A stretch of DNA of 64,000 nt from Microcoleus sp. (GCA_042408215.1 JAYFMW010000006.1:384001-448000); one strand, 5' to 3'. Positions 30,535-41,699 are shown, counted from the first letter of the stretch. Notes: generated from the letters alone by a model not told the origin. Translations and numbers: made by a program.

Positions 30535-31431
30535 ATGTTCTCAATTTATATTCTGACTTACAACGAAGAGATTGATATCGCTGCTTGCATTGAATCGGCA
30601 CTGCTGTCAGACGATATCATTGTGGTTGATTCTTTCAGCAGCGATCGCACCCTTGAGATTGTTCAGAACTATCCCGTGCTCCGGGTACAGCATCCCTTTG
30701 AAACTCACGGGCGCCAGCGGACTTGGATGTTGCAAGAAGTCCCGTGCAAGTACGAATGGGTTTACATCCTCGAATCCGACGAGCGGATGACACCTGCACT
30801 GTTTGCTGAATGCTTAAAGGCGATCGAAAGTCAAGAATATATCGGCTATTACGTCGCTGAAAAAGTAATATTTATGGATCGCTGGATTCGCCGCAGCACT
30901 CAATTTCCCCGCTATCAAATGCGCCTGTTTCGCAAAGACCAAGTGTGGTTTACTGACTACGGTCACACCGAACGGGAAGTTTGCAACGGGCCTACTCACT
31001 TTCTGAAGGAAACCTACCCTCACTATACTTGCAGCAAAGGTCTTTCTCGCTGGATTGAAAAGCACAACCGCTACTCAACAGACGAGGCGGCTGAAACCCT
31101 CCGTCAATTAGAAGCCGGTCAAGTAAATTGGTGGGATTTATTGTTTGGCGCGTCGGAAGTGGAAAGGCGCCGAGCTTTGAAAGATTTTTCTTTGCGTTTA
31201 CCTTTGCGACCAGTCGTCCGCTTTTTCTATATGTATATTTTACTAGGCGGATTTCTCGACGGTCAAGCGGGATTAGCTTGGTGTACGCTGCAAGCTTTTT
31301 ATGAATATTTAATTTTGCTGAAAGTTTGGGAAATGAAGCATATGCCACTGCCAAATTTAGACGGTGCGAAAGAAGAATCTATTTCGGAAGTAGTAACAGT
31401 TGATTCGCCTAAAGTTTCATCGAATATCTAA
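30535..31431 (+). CDS. Glycosyltransferase family 2
   Basis: ILTYNEE, VVDSFSSDRT, LESDER, KHNRYS, LGGFLDG. Confidence 0.9.
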   Translation: MFSIYILTYNEEIDIAACIESALLSDDIIVVDSFSSDRTLEIVQNYPVLRVQHPFETHGRQRTWMLQEVPCKYEWVYILESDERMTPALFAECLKAIESQEYIGYYVAEKVIFMDRWIRRSTQFPRYQMRLFRKDQVWFTDYGHTEREVCNGPTHFLKETYPHYTCSKGLSRWIEKHNRYSTDEAAETLRQLEAGQVNWWDLLFGASEVERRRALKDFSLRLPLRPVVRFFYMYILLGGFLDGQAGLAWCTLQAFYEYLILLKVWEMKHMPLPNLDGAKEESISEVVTVDSPKVSSNI

Positions 31432-31478
31432 TAATAGGTAATAGGTAATAGGTAATAGGTAATAGGTAATAGGTAATA

Positions 31479-31659
31479 CCAATTTAATGGGTCGTTGCAT
31501 ATATCTCGATCCCCCTCGCATCCCCCTTAATAAGGGAGTAGGGTGTGAGTAGGGGTTGACGAAAGAGCAGAATCTTGTTCCACACCCCCTACTCCCCTAC
31601 TCCCCTTATTAAGGGGGGTTAGGGGGGATCAGATTCTATGCAGCCTCATAAAAAACTGG
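31479..31659. mobile_element. MITE copy flanked by TA
   Basis: Near-identical to 20779-20939; TA on both sides. Confidence 0.75.
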
Positions 31660-31719
31660 TATTACGCCCTTGAAGCTGCTAGTAATAGTAGATCCGCTCT
31701 TCATCAGAATTATTCGTCT

Positions 31720-32975
31720 CTGCTATCTAAAACCCGGACTTTGCCGGACATTAGTTGACACTTCCTCGGGGAGCGACGGCGCAATTAACCCTCTGTGTCC
31801 AGACTCGGTTTAGCCACCCGAGCATATTGTGCTAAATTCACAGCAGCATTGAAATCTCGATCGGCCACAAATCCACAAGCAGAACACTCATAAACCCTAG
31901 CATTCAGAGACATGGGCTGTTGTTGACCGCAGTTAGAACATAACTGAGTTGATGGATACCAGCGTGATACTAAAACTACACAGGAACCATAGCGCTGTGC
32001 TTTGTACTCAATTTGTCGCCTAAATTCGGAAAAATTGGCATCAGCAACCGCACCCGCCAGTTTATGGTTAGCCATAATTCCTGATACATTTAAGTCCTCA
32101 ATCGCTACAACAGCGTGGTTTTTGCATATATAAGTTGTAGCTTTATGAGTCGCATCAAGTCTGATGTTTTTCACTCGTTGATGAGCCGCTGCTAACCTCA
32201 ACTTTTGTCGCTGATCTCGTTGGCTACCATGAAGTTTGCGCTGCAACTGGCGCTGCAAGCGTGCTAGTTTTTGGCGCGCTTTCCTCAAAGCTTGGGGATT
32301 GGCAATTACCAAGCCACTCGACAGGGTAGCCAACTGTTTAACTCCCAAATCCACACCTACAAAGTCAAGGGATTTAGGCGTAACTTTTGGCTCTATTTCA
32401 TAGGTAAAGCTGATGTACCAGTTGCCAGCTTCTTGCGAAATGGTAAATTTTTTTGTGGTGACGTGAGGCAAGCCTTCATAAGTGGATACCCAGCCAAGGG
32501 TGGGTAACTTCAATCGAGAGCAGCCCACAGGTATTGGTCTGCCACTAGCATCGATGGTAAAACTATCGTGCTGACCCTTTTTTTTGAACTTGGGATTACC
32601 TGTCTTACCCGAAAAGAAGTTCCCAAATGCCCTACCCAGATGCTCGAAGGCATATTGAGTCACTTTCTGGCAAATGCCTGGTTCTTTCATCCAAGGATAG
32701 ACAGGCTTCACGTGATTGTTAAAAAACTTCTTCAAGACCAAAGAATTAGGCTTCAATCCCTCACAATAAAGTGTTCGCCATGTCGCCAGTCCCCAATTAA
32801 AAGTAAACCGAGCAATACCCGCGTGTTTGGCCATTAACACGGCTTGGGTATCGGTGAGTTTTAACTTGGTCTTGAGGGCAGTGTACACGACGGTCGTGGG
32901 TAATTCAAGTGATGCCGATTATAACATATGTCGCTCGGATGTAATACTTATTCCGGGAATGTCCTTGTTTTTGTG
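31720..32975 (-). mobile_element. TnpA-less IS607-like element carrying tnpB (left boundary approximate)
   Basis: Minus-strand end ..GTCCGGCAAAGTCCGGGTTTTAGATAGCAG with short direct repeats; no subterminal hairpin evident. Confidence 0.6.
31785..32888 (-). CDS. tnpB: RNA-guided endonuclease TnpB
   Basis: KHAGIARFTFNWGL, GVDLG, IEDL, CSNC..CSAC, DRDFNAA. Confidence 0.92.
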   Translation of the reverse strand: MYTALKTKLKLTDTQAVLMAKHAGIARFTFNWGLATWRTLYCEGLKPNSLVLKKFFNNHVKPVYPWMKEPGICQKVTQYAFEHLGRAFGNFFSGKTGNPKFKKKGQHDSFTIDASGRPIPVGCSRLKLPTLGWVSTYEGLPHVTTKKFTISQEAGNWYISFTYEIEPKVTPKSLDFVGVDLGVKQLATLSSGLVIANPQALRKARQKLARLQRQLQRKLHGSQRDQRQKLRLAAAHQRVKNIRLDATHKATTYICKNHAVVAIEDLNVSGIMANHKLAGAVADANFSEFRRQIEYKAQRYGSCVVLVSRWYPSTQLCSNCGQQQPMSLNARVYECSACGFVADRDFNAAVNLAQYARVAKPSLDTEG

Positions 32976-33045
32976 CTTCTAGTAATTACTCTCTTCTCTT
33001 TCTCTGCGCTCTCTGCGTTCTCTGCGGTTAAATCATTCCGATGCA

Positions 33046-33823
33046 GTTAGAGAGTCGATGGCAGAGTGTCCCCCACCATCTCTCCTACAAAACCGTGCTT
33101 GCGACTTTCACCGCACACGGCTCCTGAGTGATGTAATCCTGGTTATGGATACAGTACGATCGCATCACGAGATGATTTATACCGCTTGATAGTTTTCCTT
33201 TTACCCCTACATCCCACCATCAGATTTTTCTGTGGCATTAGGCTTTTAAAGGGTTACTCAGTCTCAATCTTTTACACCACCGGGCGCTGTCAGCAGATCT
33301 CTGCTATTACAGCAGAGCTTTAGCTTCTGCAACCATCCCTCACACTCACAGCTTACGGCTAGCAACCTACTTATTTTTAAGGGCTGTGAGAGCTTTACTT
33401 CGTTCCGATTACACATTGGTTGAACATGACAGCGTAATGCTTTCCACCGGGTTTTTTGGGCAGTGCTGATAAGTCAATCCGATAATTGCTTATGCCCTAT
33501 CCTTGCCTTTTGGCTTGGTCTATCAGCCATTTGACCATCTATCATAACGGTGGTTCAGACACATTTTTGCTTTCGCTACGCATATGTTCTGGCTCGACAG
33601 CTACTCCATTTGGCTAAGAGTCTTTCTGCCTTTTATCCCCGCTTTATCCTGTTAGTTGCTACCTAACAAAATAGGGGATATGCTTTTACCGCTGCACCTG
33701 CGGACTGGGACTTGACTTAACGTCTCACCCAGAAGTGTAATCAGTTATCACTAACTCGCAGCGGAGTCAGGCTAACCGTCCCTGGATAGGAGAACCTATC
33801 CATTTAGGCTAAACGAATCGCAC
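33046..33823 (-). ncRNA. ORF-less group II intron (~778 nt)
   Basis: Minus strand starts GTGCGATTCGTT; domain V GAGCCGTGTGCGGTGAAAGTCGCAAGCACGGTT (AGC triad, GAAA loop); domain VI hairpin; ends AAC; no RT ORF. Confidence 0.88.
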
Positions 33824-33906
33824 ACCAGAATTGATATAAAGAATAATCAACAGTCAACGGTCAACCCCCAAAGGGTCAACCATCAACCGTCAACCATCAA
33901 CCCTCA

Positions 33907-36201
33907 TCAAAACTCTTGAGATTTTGCTGCTGTTTTTGCCCGATCGAGCTTCAAAATCAACACACCCAAAGGCGGCAAACACAAATCGATCGAATAAGCA
34001 CTGTTGTGGAACCACCACTCATCAGTCCACTTGCCCCCCAAATTCCCCATATTGCTGCCACCGTACTCCCGCGCGTCGCTATTAAACAACTCCGTATAGA
34101 AACCCGGTTCCGGCACTCCTACCCGATAATGAGAATGTGGCTGCGGCGTAAAATTGCAAACCGTCACCACAAACTGATCGCCATCCTTCTCGCGACGCAC
34201 AAAAGCCACCACGCTGTGCCGGTTATCACTGCAATCAATCCAGTCAAACCCGTCCTCAGCAAAATCTTGACTGTAAAGTGCCGATTCGCTGCGGTACAAA
34301 TGGTTTAAATCCTTAAAAAACAGCTTCAACTTTTGGTGTGGCTCAAATTGCAGCAAACGCCACTCCAAATCCCCCCAAACGTTCCACTCTTGCCACTGGC
34401 CGAACTCCATCCCCATAAACATGGTTTTCTTGCCTGGGTGAGCAAACATAAAAGTAAACAAACACCGGACGTTCGCACACTTTTGCCATTCGTCTCCTGG
34501 CATTTTCCCAATGATATGGCTCTTGCCGTGAACTACCTCGTCGTGGGATAGCGCCAGCATAAAATTCTCGCTGTGGTTGTACCACATACTGAAAGTTATG
34601 TTGTTCTGGTGAAACTGGCGGAACCACGGGTCCATGTGGAAATAGTCCAACATATCGTGCATCCACCCCATGTTCCACTTCAGATTGAAGCCCAAACCGC
34701 CTACATAAGTCGGCCAAGAAACCATCGGCCAAGAGGTAGATTCTTCGGCGATCGACAGTGCACCAGGGAAATAGCTGAAAATTGTATGATTGACCTGCCG
34801 CAGAAAATCTGCCGCCTCGATATTTTCGCGCCCCCCGTACTGGTTAGTCAGCCATTCTCCGGGTTCGCGACAGTAATCCAAATACAGCATCGAAGCCACC
34901 GCATCCACCCGAATCCCGTCGATGTGGTACTTGTCAAACCAGAACAGAGCGTTTGCTACTAAAAAATTCCGCACCTCGTTGCGGCCGTAGTTAAATACCA
35001 GGGTTCCCCACTCCTTGTGTTCGCCTTTGCGCGGGTCGGCGTGTTCGTACAAGTGAGAGCCGTCAAAGAAAGCCAAACCGTGACCATCTTTGGGGAAATG
35101 TCCCGGCACCCAGTCCACCAGTACACCAATGCCTGCGGCGTGGCATTGGTCAACAAAATACATAAAATCTTCAGGTTTGCCGTAGCGGGAAGTTGGGGCA
35201 AAATAGCCCGTTACTTGATAGCCCCAAGAACCGTCGAAAGGATGTTCTGCGATCGGCAGCATTTCGATGTGGGTGTATCCTAAATCTTTGACGTAAGGAA
35301 TCAGTCGATCGGCCAATTCCCGGTAAGTCAAAAACCGCGCCCCTGGGTTGAGTTCCGAAACCTGCACTGCTGGTTCTATTTCCCCATTTGGCCGCACTGC
35401 GGGTTCGCTAGCACCCGCGTGCAGCCAAGAACCCATGTGGCATTCGTAAACCGAAATCGGCTGCGTCAGTTGGTCTGTGTGCCGCCGCTGTTCGATCCAA
35501 GCGCTGTCTTGCCAAGTGTAGGTGTCTAAGTCCGTGACAATTGATGCTGTTTTCGGTCGCACTTCTTGCTGGAAACCGTAAGGGTCGGACTTTTCGTAGG
35601 GATGTCCGTCTTGGTTTTTCACTTCGTATTTGTAGTGAGTCCCCGCATCGAGTCCCGGAATAAATAATTCCCAGATGCCGTTTTGGGATTTCCGCATTTG
35701 ATGTTTGCGGCCGTCCCAATAGTTGAAATCCCCTAAAACTGAAACGTTGCGGGCATTGGGAGCCCAAACGGCAAAATACACTCCTGTGATGCCGTCTACT
35801 TGGGTGATGTGCGCCCCCAGTTTTTCGTAGATCCGGTGGTGATTGCCTTCTGAGAATAGGTGCTGGTCGAATTCTGTGAGTTTGGGCGATCGAAAGGCGT
35901 AGGGATCGTAGATGAAGCGCTCGTGTTCCCCTTCTTTGACCCGCAATTGATAGTTGGCTAGTTCTGGGGTGTCGATCGTACATTCAAAAAAGTGAGGGTG
36001 GTGTACCGATTGCATCGAGTATTCTGTCCTCGCTTCTGGTACAACCACCGATACGGCATCGGCATTCGGCAGATAAGCTCGCACGGCCCAGGCTTTTTTG
36101 CCGTTTTCTTCGATCGCGTGGGGGCCAAGCACTTCAAAGGGATCGTGGTGCTGGTTCCACACAATGCGGTCAATCTGTTCAAAGGGGACGGTCACGGGCA
36201 T
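33907..36201 (-). CDS. glgB: 1,4-alpha-glucan branching enzyme
   Basis: [44 protein letters not shown]; start set at ATG 36201. Confidence 0.97.
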   Translation of the reverse strand: MPVTVPFEQIDRIVWNQHHDPFEVLGPHAIEENGKKAWAVRAYLPNADAVSVVVPEARTEYSMQSVHHPHFFECTIDTPELANYQLRVKEGEHERFIYDPYAFRSPKLTEFDQHLFSEGNHHRIYEKLGAHITQVDGITGVYFAVWAPNARNVSVLGDFNYWDGRKHQMRKSQNGIWELFIPGLDAGTHYKYEVKNQDGHPYEKSDPYGFQQEVRPKTASIVTDLDTYTWQDSAWIEQRRHTDQLTQPISVYECHMGSWLHAGASEPAVRPNGEIEPAVQVSELNPGARFLTYRELADRLIPYVKDLGYTHIEMLPIAEHPFDGSWGYQVTGYFAPTSRYGKPEDFMYFVDQCHAAGIGVLVDWVPGHFPKDGHGLAFFDGSHLYEHADPRKGEHKEWGTLVFNYGRNEVRNFLVANALFWFDKYHIDGIRVDAVASMLYLDYCREPGEWLTNQYGGRENIEAADFLRQVNHTIFSYFPGALSIAEESTSWPMVSWPTYVGGLGFNLKWNMGWMHDMLDYFHMDPWFRQFHQNNITFSMWYNHSENFMLALSHDEVVHGKSHIIGKMPGDEWQKCANVRCLFTFMFAHPGKKTMFMGMEFGQWQEWNVWGDLEWRLLQFEPHQKLKLFFKDLNHLYRSESALYSQDFAEDGFDWIDCSDNRHSVVAFVRREKDGDQFVVTVCNFTPQPHSHYRVGVPEPGFYTELFNSDAREYGGSNMGNLGGKWTDEWWFHNSAYSIDLCLPPLGVLILKLDRAKTAAKSQEF

Positions 36202-36277
36202 AAAACTACTTACCTTCAATTAACTAAATTGCTTTCAAAACCGTTGGTGGCGCTGCACTTTACATTTGTATACAATT

Positions 36278-37810
36278 GTCAATTACCCATCATCAATCGG
36301 AGTACCGATCTGATGGGGGCTTGTATCTGAACTCCACCGCAATTCTGAGAACCTTCGCAGGATTTCAGCTTTAGTTTCAACGCTCGACACATTGGGGCGC
36401 ACTGACAAGGCGCCCGTACAAGTCCAGTCTTGCCGGACAAGCAACGTTCTCATGGCAATATTCCTGCTTCCTACCAAATCAGCGTGTAACTCATGTCCAC
36501 AGCATTCGCATCGAAATAATAGTCCTTTATTCGGTCGGTTAGCCTTCGATGTGTGACCACATTTAGGACAACTTTGCGAAGTGTATTGAGCAGGGACTTT
36601 AGTGGCTAAAGAGCTATTCAAAATAGCCTTATAGTCAATATAGCCGTGTAATTCGGCAAAAGACCACTTAGCTTTATTCCGGTGAGCTTCACGCTGTTTC
36701 TTGCTAGCTTTTTTGCCAGATCTTGATTGAGTCCTATCCCGTATTCCGGTTAGGTCTTCTAATCCAATTAAGCTGTTAGGCTTAGCAATTTGCTTGCTGA
36801 TTTGATGGTTAACATCAGCGATAAACCGTCTTTCTTTTCCAGACAAAGCGATTAATCTCCGCTTGGCCGAACGAGTGCCTTTACGCTGAAGAGTTTGCCT
36901 TGATTTGTGATAGCGGTCAGCCTTGTGTCTAGCTGACTGGGCTGAGTAGAATTTAGACTTGTTGTTTAAGTCTGTTTCTACGGCCAGGTAGCGCATTCCC
37001 ACATCAACACCAGAAACTCTGGTTATTGTTAGTGGGTCAACTTCTGGCGTTGTAACTTCCAAGCTCACCATTAAATAGTAAGTTTTAGATGACCGCTGAT
37101 AGACGATTTTAGCTGCGCCAATCTTAGAACCATTAGCAATTAAGGCTAAATGCTTATTGTAGCCATCATAATCAACTACTATTCGACCTTCAAGAGTGAT
37201 AAGACTTACTTGTTGATTGGTTTTGAATGAGTAATCTCGCTGATAGTTCAATGTACAAGTTCTAGAAACGTATTTAGGAGCTTTGTCTAGTCCCTTATAT
37301 CGTTTCTTGGTGTAGCCTTTGGCAATAGCATTGGTATTTTGTTTTACCTTAGTCCACAGGGTTTTGTATGTTGCAGAAACTTGTCTAGGTACATTGCAAG
37401 CCATTTGCGCTCCCAGCCCAAACCTAACTCTTAACTCGTTGTAGACAACTTTCTGCAACTTAGCCCCGTTACTGGTTTTACCTGCATCAAAGGCGACTCG
37501 TGAAGTATAGTTCAAAGCGTCGCGGTATGCCAAAGCAGTCTGAGACACCAAGGTTTTTTGCTCGGTTGTCAGATTTAATTTTAGTTTGGCGGTGATGGCT
37601 TGAGGCATTTTCTTCAACAAACTCTATTATTAGAGTATATCGTGAAATTAATTCGGTCAAGTCAGGAGTAAAGATTTGTTCATTCTTCGCCCGAAAGAGC
37701 CCCCCCATCTCAAGATGTTGTTTGGAGTGGGGGCGAGACTCCTTACTCACGCCCATTCCTCCCGCCACTAACCTGAGTACAGGTATAGTGGGGGAATCCT
37801 GCTGGTTTTG
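36278..37810 (-). mobile_element. TnpA-less IS200/IS605 element
   Basis: Right-end hairpin CCCATCA..TGATGGG ending TTGAC; left-end hairpin at ~37755-37800. Confidence 0.7.
36283..37608 (-). CDS. tnpB: RNA-guided endonuclease TnpB
   Basis: AITAKLKL, GVDVG, LEDL, YTSQSCPKC..CECC, HADLVGSRNI. Confidence 0.92.
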   Translation of the reverse strand: MPQAITAKLKLNLTTEQKTLVSQTALAYRDALNYTSRVAFDAGKTSNGAKLQKVVYNELRVRFGLGAQMACNVPRQVSATYKTLWTKVKQNTNAIAKGYTKKRYKGLDKAPKYVSRTCTLNYQRDYSFKTNQQVSLITLEGRIVVDYDGYNKHLALIANGSKIGAAKIVYQRSSKTYYLMVSLEVTTPEVDPLTITRVSGVDVGMRYLAVETDLNNKSKFYSAQSARHKADRYHKSRQTLQRKGTRSAKRRLIALSGKERRFIADVNHQISKQIAKPNSLIGLEDLTGIRDRTQSRSGKKASKKQREAHRNKAKWSFAELHGYIDYKAILNSSLATKVPAQYTSQSCPKCGHTSKANRPNKGLLFRCECCGHELHADLVGSRNIAMRTLLVRQDWTCTGALSVRPNVSSVETKAEILRRFSELRWSSDTSPHQIGTPIDDG

Positions 37811-38184
37811 GTTGAAAACTTTATATTTTTTCCTAAATATCCTTGACTTTTTCTTGATTGTGTGGTATTGACTCGTTGTCAAAGACAAGATTCGGCTGCT
37901 AATCATTAATAGCTGAAATTTTCAGGCGGGCGATCGCTTTTAGGAGTGCTGTTTCATCAAGCCTGCTACTAGGTTTGAGCCATGCTCAAGCCACAGGGCG
38001 GGCTGCATTTTTTGTGGTAAAAGCATCAGGCCACAACCACAACCCAGGCTGTCATCCCCCGGCTAACCTGAGACAGGTTGAGCGGGGGACTTCCCGCCGA
38101 GAGGGTGAAAAAATGTGAGGAGCAAACCATTTTTCAGCAGCAGGCTAGGCCAGTTGGCCAAGCACCCTGCGATCATCCCTCTGG

Positions 38185-38424
38185 TTAGGGCTTTTTAGGA
38201 GCAGCAGGAGTAGCTGCGCCACCTGCTGCCGGAGTCTTTTCAGCCCCAGGAGTCTTTTCAGCCCCAGGAGTCTTTTCAGCCCCAGGAGTCTTTGGAGTTT
38301 CCTTGGTTACGGGAGGAGGAGGGGTCTTGCCTTCGGGAGGAGGAGTAGTGGTCTCACCACCGCAGGCGCCGAGAGCGGCAGCCAAGCCCAGTGCCAAAGT
38401 CAGACGAATCAATCCCTTGTTCAT
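38185..38424 (-). CDS. Small Pro/Thr-rich lipoprotein
   Basis: AGGAG RBS; signal peptide with lipobox LGAC; three 18-bp TPGAEK repeats. Confidence 0.8.
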   Translation of the reverse strand: MNKGLIRLTLALGLAAALGACGGETTTPPPEGKTPPPPVTKETPKTPGAEKTPGAEKTPGAEKTPAAGGAATPAAPKKP

Positions 38425-38800
38425 AAACACTCCTTAATATTGAAAACCCATCGCAAGGCATGGGATAGTGTACTTGAGAACTAATGCTGGCACGAATAGA
38501 GCGATGATTAGCTCGTTGATTACAATACTGCATTTAGTTACATAATCTCACACCAAATCTTAGATGATGGTGTGAGCCGACCCCCAACCCGATTCAAGGT
38601 ATGTCGGATTTGTTTCGAGGTACAAAGGTTTCCCTCTCAAGCGTTCGATAGTGAGGAAGATGCGGGTCCCACTCCCCGAAGGTATGAATAATTTTTTCTA
38701 CCCCCCCAGCATCCTAACCGGCAATGTTTTACTTTTTTGCAAATTCAGTCTAGTCAAAGAGGTTTGACTAGACCTTGGTAGGATAGTTTGGTTTGTCGAT

Positions 38801-39249
38801 CGGGAGATTGGGTTGAAAACCCCCGTCCTTCTAGGACGGCTTGAATTTCTTAAATCCATCTTAAAAAATTCCTGTAATTGTTTGCGATCTACTATAGTGG
38901 TCGTGAGTTAAACTCCTTTGCCATCGTGAAACAGTTGAGACACACTTTTAGGCATCAGGTGTTAGCCACAGAGTGGCGATAACTCTGAAAACAGCTAGAG
39001 AATCAACTCTCTCTACCAGAGAATAAATAATTTGGTTTCATAGATTAAGTAGGGCGGGGCGGGCCCTCACTCTAGGTTTGTATCAAGCGTACGATGAGTG
39101 GAGATAGACCCAAAGAGGGTGACAGTGAGTTAGACTTGGCGATTGGTACTATTGTACGGTTGAGAGGTTTAAGGATTGCCTTTGGACAGTGCTTAAAGGT
39201 CAGTGGCTGAATTAAGAATCCCCACGCCTTGATAGCTGGGGAGTGTCAA
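38801..39249 (+). mobile_element. Internally deleted IS200/IS605 mini-element retaining both ends and a probable omega-RNA region
   Basis: Left-end hairpin CCGTCCTTCTAGGACGG; right end AGAATCCCC..GGGGAGTGTCAA; only 449 bp and no ORF. Confidence 0.72.
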
Positions 39250-39627
39250 GAGGTTGATTAACAGTAAGACTTTTTCTGACATTTGCTAACAATCACTTAC
39301 ATTGGCCCGAGGTCTTTATGTCGTGTAGAATGAATTTAGCCGCTCGGATTTAGGTGAAAAACCTTGGTAGTAAGCAACCTCTATCTAAATAAGTTGCCTC
39401 TACAGTATCAAAGCAAATAAAATCAAGATTGGCTAAATGCGGTCACGCAAAAACCAAGCTGAACGCTCATAGTACAAGTGCTTGTAGAGATTTCTACGGG
39501 CATTGGTTGATACGCCTTAGTTGAGAACTGAGCTCAACTTATGTATTTGTTAGCAAACGTTAGCAAAAAAGTATCGGTATCTTTGGTGAAGTACCCACCA
39601 CCAAATAGGGGACTTAGGCCTCCTTAG

Positions 39628-41066
39628 CTGAAACAGCATTCATCCCCGCGCTCTACCCGCCTCGGGTGAGCGAGGGGATGAATGCGAGTGAGCCGCCGAT
39701 TCCACCTGTCCACGAGACGCTCTCGTCGCAGCCAGCGTGAGATGGGCGGGTGGATGAGAAGGGGAACAAAATCCTTGATTGACCATTAGCTTGTTTTGTT
39801 TGATCATGGTTCTAGTAACTGCGATAAAATTTATTGTGTTGAAGGCGGTCAAAGTCAGAATTTATCCAAACACCCTGCAACAAAGTCATTTGGCGCAAGC
39901 AGGCGGCTGTGTTCGATGGATATGGAATCAATCTCTGGCTACGATGTCCCAAACCTACAAGGAAACTGGGAAGGGCGTATCGGCTTTGACGATGAAGAAA
40001 CAGATTCCAGTATGGAAGACCGAGCATGAATGGCTGAAGCAATGCTATTCGCAGTGTCGGCCGTCGTCCGTACTTAATTTGTCTCAAGCTTTTATCAATT
40101 TCTTTGATGGTCGAACAGGAGATCCGACCTTCAAAAAACGTCAGGGCAGACAGTCGATGCAATACCCTCAGAACGTTAAAATCATGAGGGATTCTGAGAT
40201 TAAATTCCCTGGCAATCTTAGACTGGTTAAAGCTAAAATTCATCGCGATCTTGTTGGTGATTTAAAGACTGTGACGGTATCCAAAATGCCTGATGGTCGT
40301 TATTATGCTTCATTGCTGATGGAGGATGGTATTGACAATCTAGTGACAAATAAAGACGGTAAAGCTATTGGTATCGACCTTGGCTTACTAGATTTTGCAG
40401 TCACATCTGATGGCTCGAAATACCAGAACCCTCGACATCTCAAAAAGTACGAACGCAACTATCAGCGTAAACAGCGCCAGCTATCTAGAAAGAAGGACAA
40501 GACAACCAACAGACGACGCAAGGCGTGTCGAGCTGTAGCCAAAGTCCATGCAAAAATAGCTAGAGTCCGTGAAGATTTCCGACACAAACTATCCCGTAAG
40601 GTAGTTAACGAAAACCAAGTGATTGTGGTCGAAAATCTGGCAGTAAAGAACATGGTTAAAAATCATTGCTTGGCTAAATCCATTGCTGATGCTGGCTGGG
40701 GAAGGTTCTGCACTATGCTCAAATACAAAGCAGAAAGTGAAGGTAAAATCTATCTAGAAGTAGGTCGCTTTTTCCCGTCATCTCATCTGTGTTCAAACAC
40801 TTTACTGTCGTTGCCAAAGATGGAGCTATCGGTACGTGAATTTGACTGTCCCCACTGCTCTAAGCGACACGATCGAGACATTAATGCAGCTATTAATATC
40901 AAGAATGAAGGCTTACGGTTATTGACGTTGGGAACCAGCGTTACTGCCAAGGGAGGCAATGTAAGACCAAAACAGTATGGGCGTAAGTCTACTACTGTCG
41001 AGGCGGTTGCCCTTGAACTTGGAAGCCCGCTCTCTATCGCGTAGCGATGAGAGTCGGGTAGTTCAC
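39628..41066 (+). mobile_element. TnpA-less IS200/IS605 element
   Basis: Left hairpin ATTCATCCCC..GGGGATGAAT; right hairpin CCCG..CGGG ending GTTCAC at 41066. Confidence 0.75.
39836..41044 (+). CDS. tnpB: RNA-guided endonuclease TnpB
   Basis: LKAVKVRIYP, GIDLG, VENL, DRDINAA; start set at GTG 39836. Confidence 0.9.
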   Translation: MLKAVKVRIYPNTLQQSHLAQAGGCVRWIWNQSLATMSQTYKETGKGVSALTMKKQIPVWKTEHEWLKQCYSQCRPSSVLNLSQAFINFFDGRTGDPTFKKRQGRQSMQYPQNVKIMRDSEIKFPGNLRLVKAKIHRDLVGDLKTVTVSKMPDGRYYASLLMEDGIDNLVTNKDGKAIGIDLGLLDFAVTSDGSKYQNPRHLKKYERNYQRKQRQLSRKKDKTTNRRRKACRAVAKVHAKIARVREDFRHKLSRKVVNENQVIVVENLAVKNMVKNHCLAKSIADAGWGRFCTMLKYKAESEGKIYLEVGRFFPSSHLCSNTLLSLPKMELSVREFDCPHCSKRHDRDINAAINIKNEGLRLLTLGTSVTAKGGNVRPKQYGRKSTTVEAVALELGSPLSIA

Positions 41067-41097
41067 TTAAACTGAACTCTAGGTATTGGTGAATTTT

Positions 41098-41694
41098 ATG
41101 ACTGCTGCTATTAAATCTCTCTCTTCGATCAAAAACCGAAGCCGCTCTCAATCGGCCCGCAAGCCCGCTGTCGCCCCCAAAAACAGCAAAGTTACTCCCA
41201 TTTCCCGATCGAGGCGGGCGAAGACAGAGCCGGCACTGCCTAACTACTCGGTAGCCGAACCAGCCCAGCCTGGGCCCAGGCCCAGAGCATCCGCGATCAA
41301 AGTCCTGCCCAATCCTCAGTGGCAGCCCCTGTGGCTACGATCGCTCCTAGGGGTGCAGCAGGCCTCTACAGTTGCAGTTGTCTTGCTGTTGGGAGGAGCT
41401 TTGAGTCTCTATGGCTTAACTGTTTACGGCGAACAGCGCTGGACGATTGAGTATCAAAAGCTGGAAACTCTGCGCCGGAGCGAACAGCAGTTGAGCGCTG
41501 CTAGCGAAGTGTTGAAACACCAACTGGCTAAAGAGGCGGAAAATCCAACAACGGGTTTAGCACCGCAGAAGCCTTCAGAAACGATTTTCTTGTCGCCAGT
41601 GCCTGAAAGTCGATCGCCCCAAGCGGATCGGGTCCCAAACTCAGAAACTGCTCGCAAGCATCAAGCTGCTGTTGAAACGCCCCTGGGCTATTGA
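41098..41694 (+). CDS. FtsL-like cell division protein
   Basis: Basic N-terminus, single TM, coiled coil, PLGY end; directly upstream of ftsI. Confidence 0.65.
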   Translation: MTAAIKSLSSIKNRSRSQSARKPAVAPKNSKVTPISRSRRAKTEPALPNYSVAEPAQPGPRPRASAIKVLPNPQWQPLWLRSLLGVQQASTVAVVLLLGGALSLYGLTVYGEQRWTIEYQKLETLRRSEQQLSAASEVLKHQLAKEAENPTTGLAPQKPSETIFLSPVPESRSPQADRVPNSETARKHQAAVETPLGY

Positions 41695-41699
41695 TTCGG

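Noticed and set aside
33916..36330. Numerous antisense and alternative-frame ORFs over glgB (similar ones over ftsI, glmU and hpsA)
   Set aside because: Shadow ORFs of well-supported genes.
36283..37608. Cas12f-like effector
   Set aside because: Bounded by IS-type end hairpins with no adjacent array or cas genes; ordinary TnpB.
37910..38110. Possible additional IS left-end remnant (hairpin CCCCCG..CGGGGG at ~38056-38090)
   Set aside because: Resembles the 37755-37800 hairpin, but no partner end or ORF could be defined.
26339..41044. Nuclease-dead TnpB (TldR-like) regulators
   Set aside because: The RuvC D/E/D residues are visible in all four intact copies.
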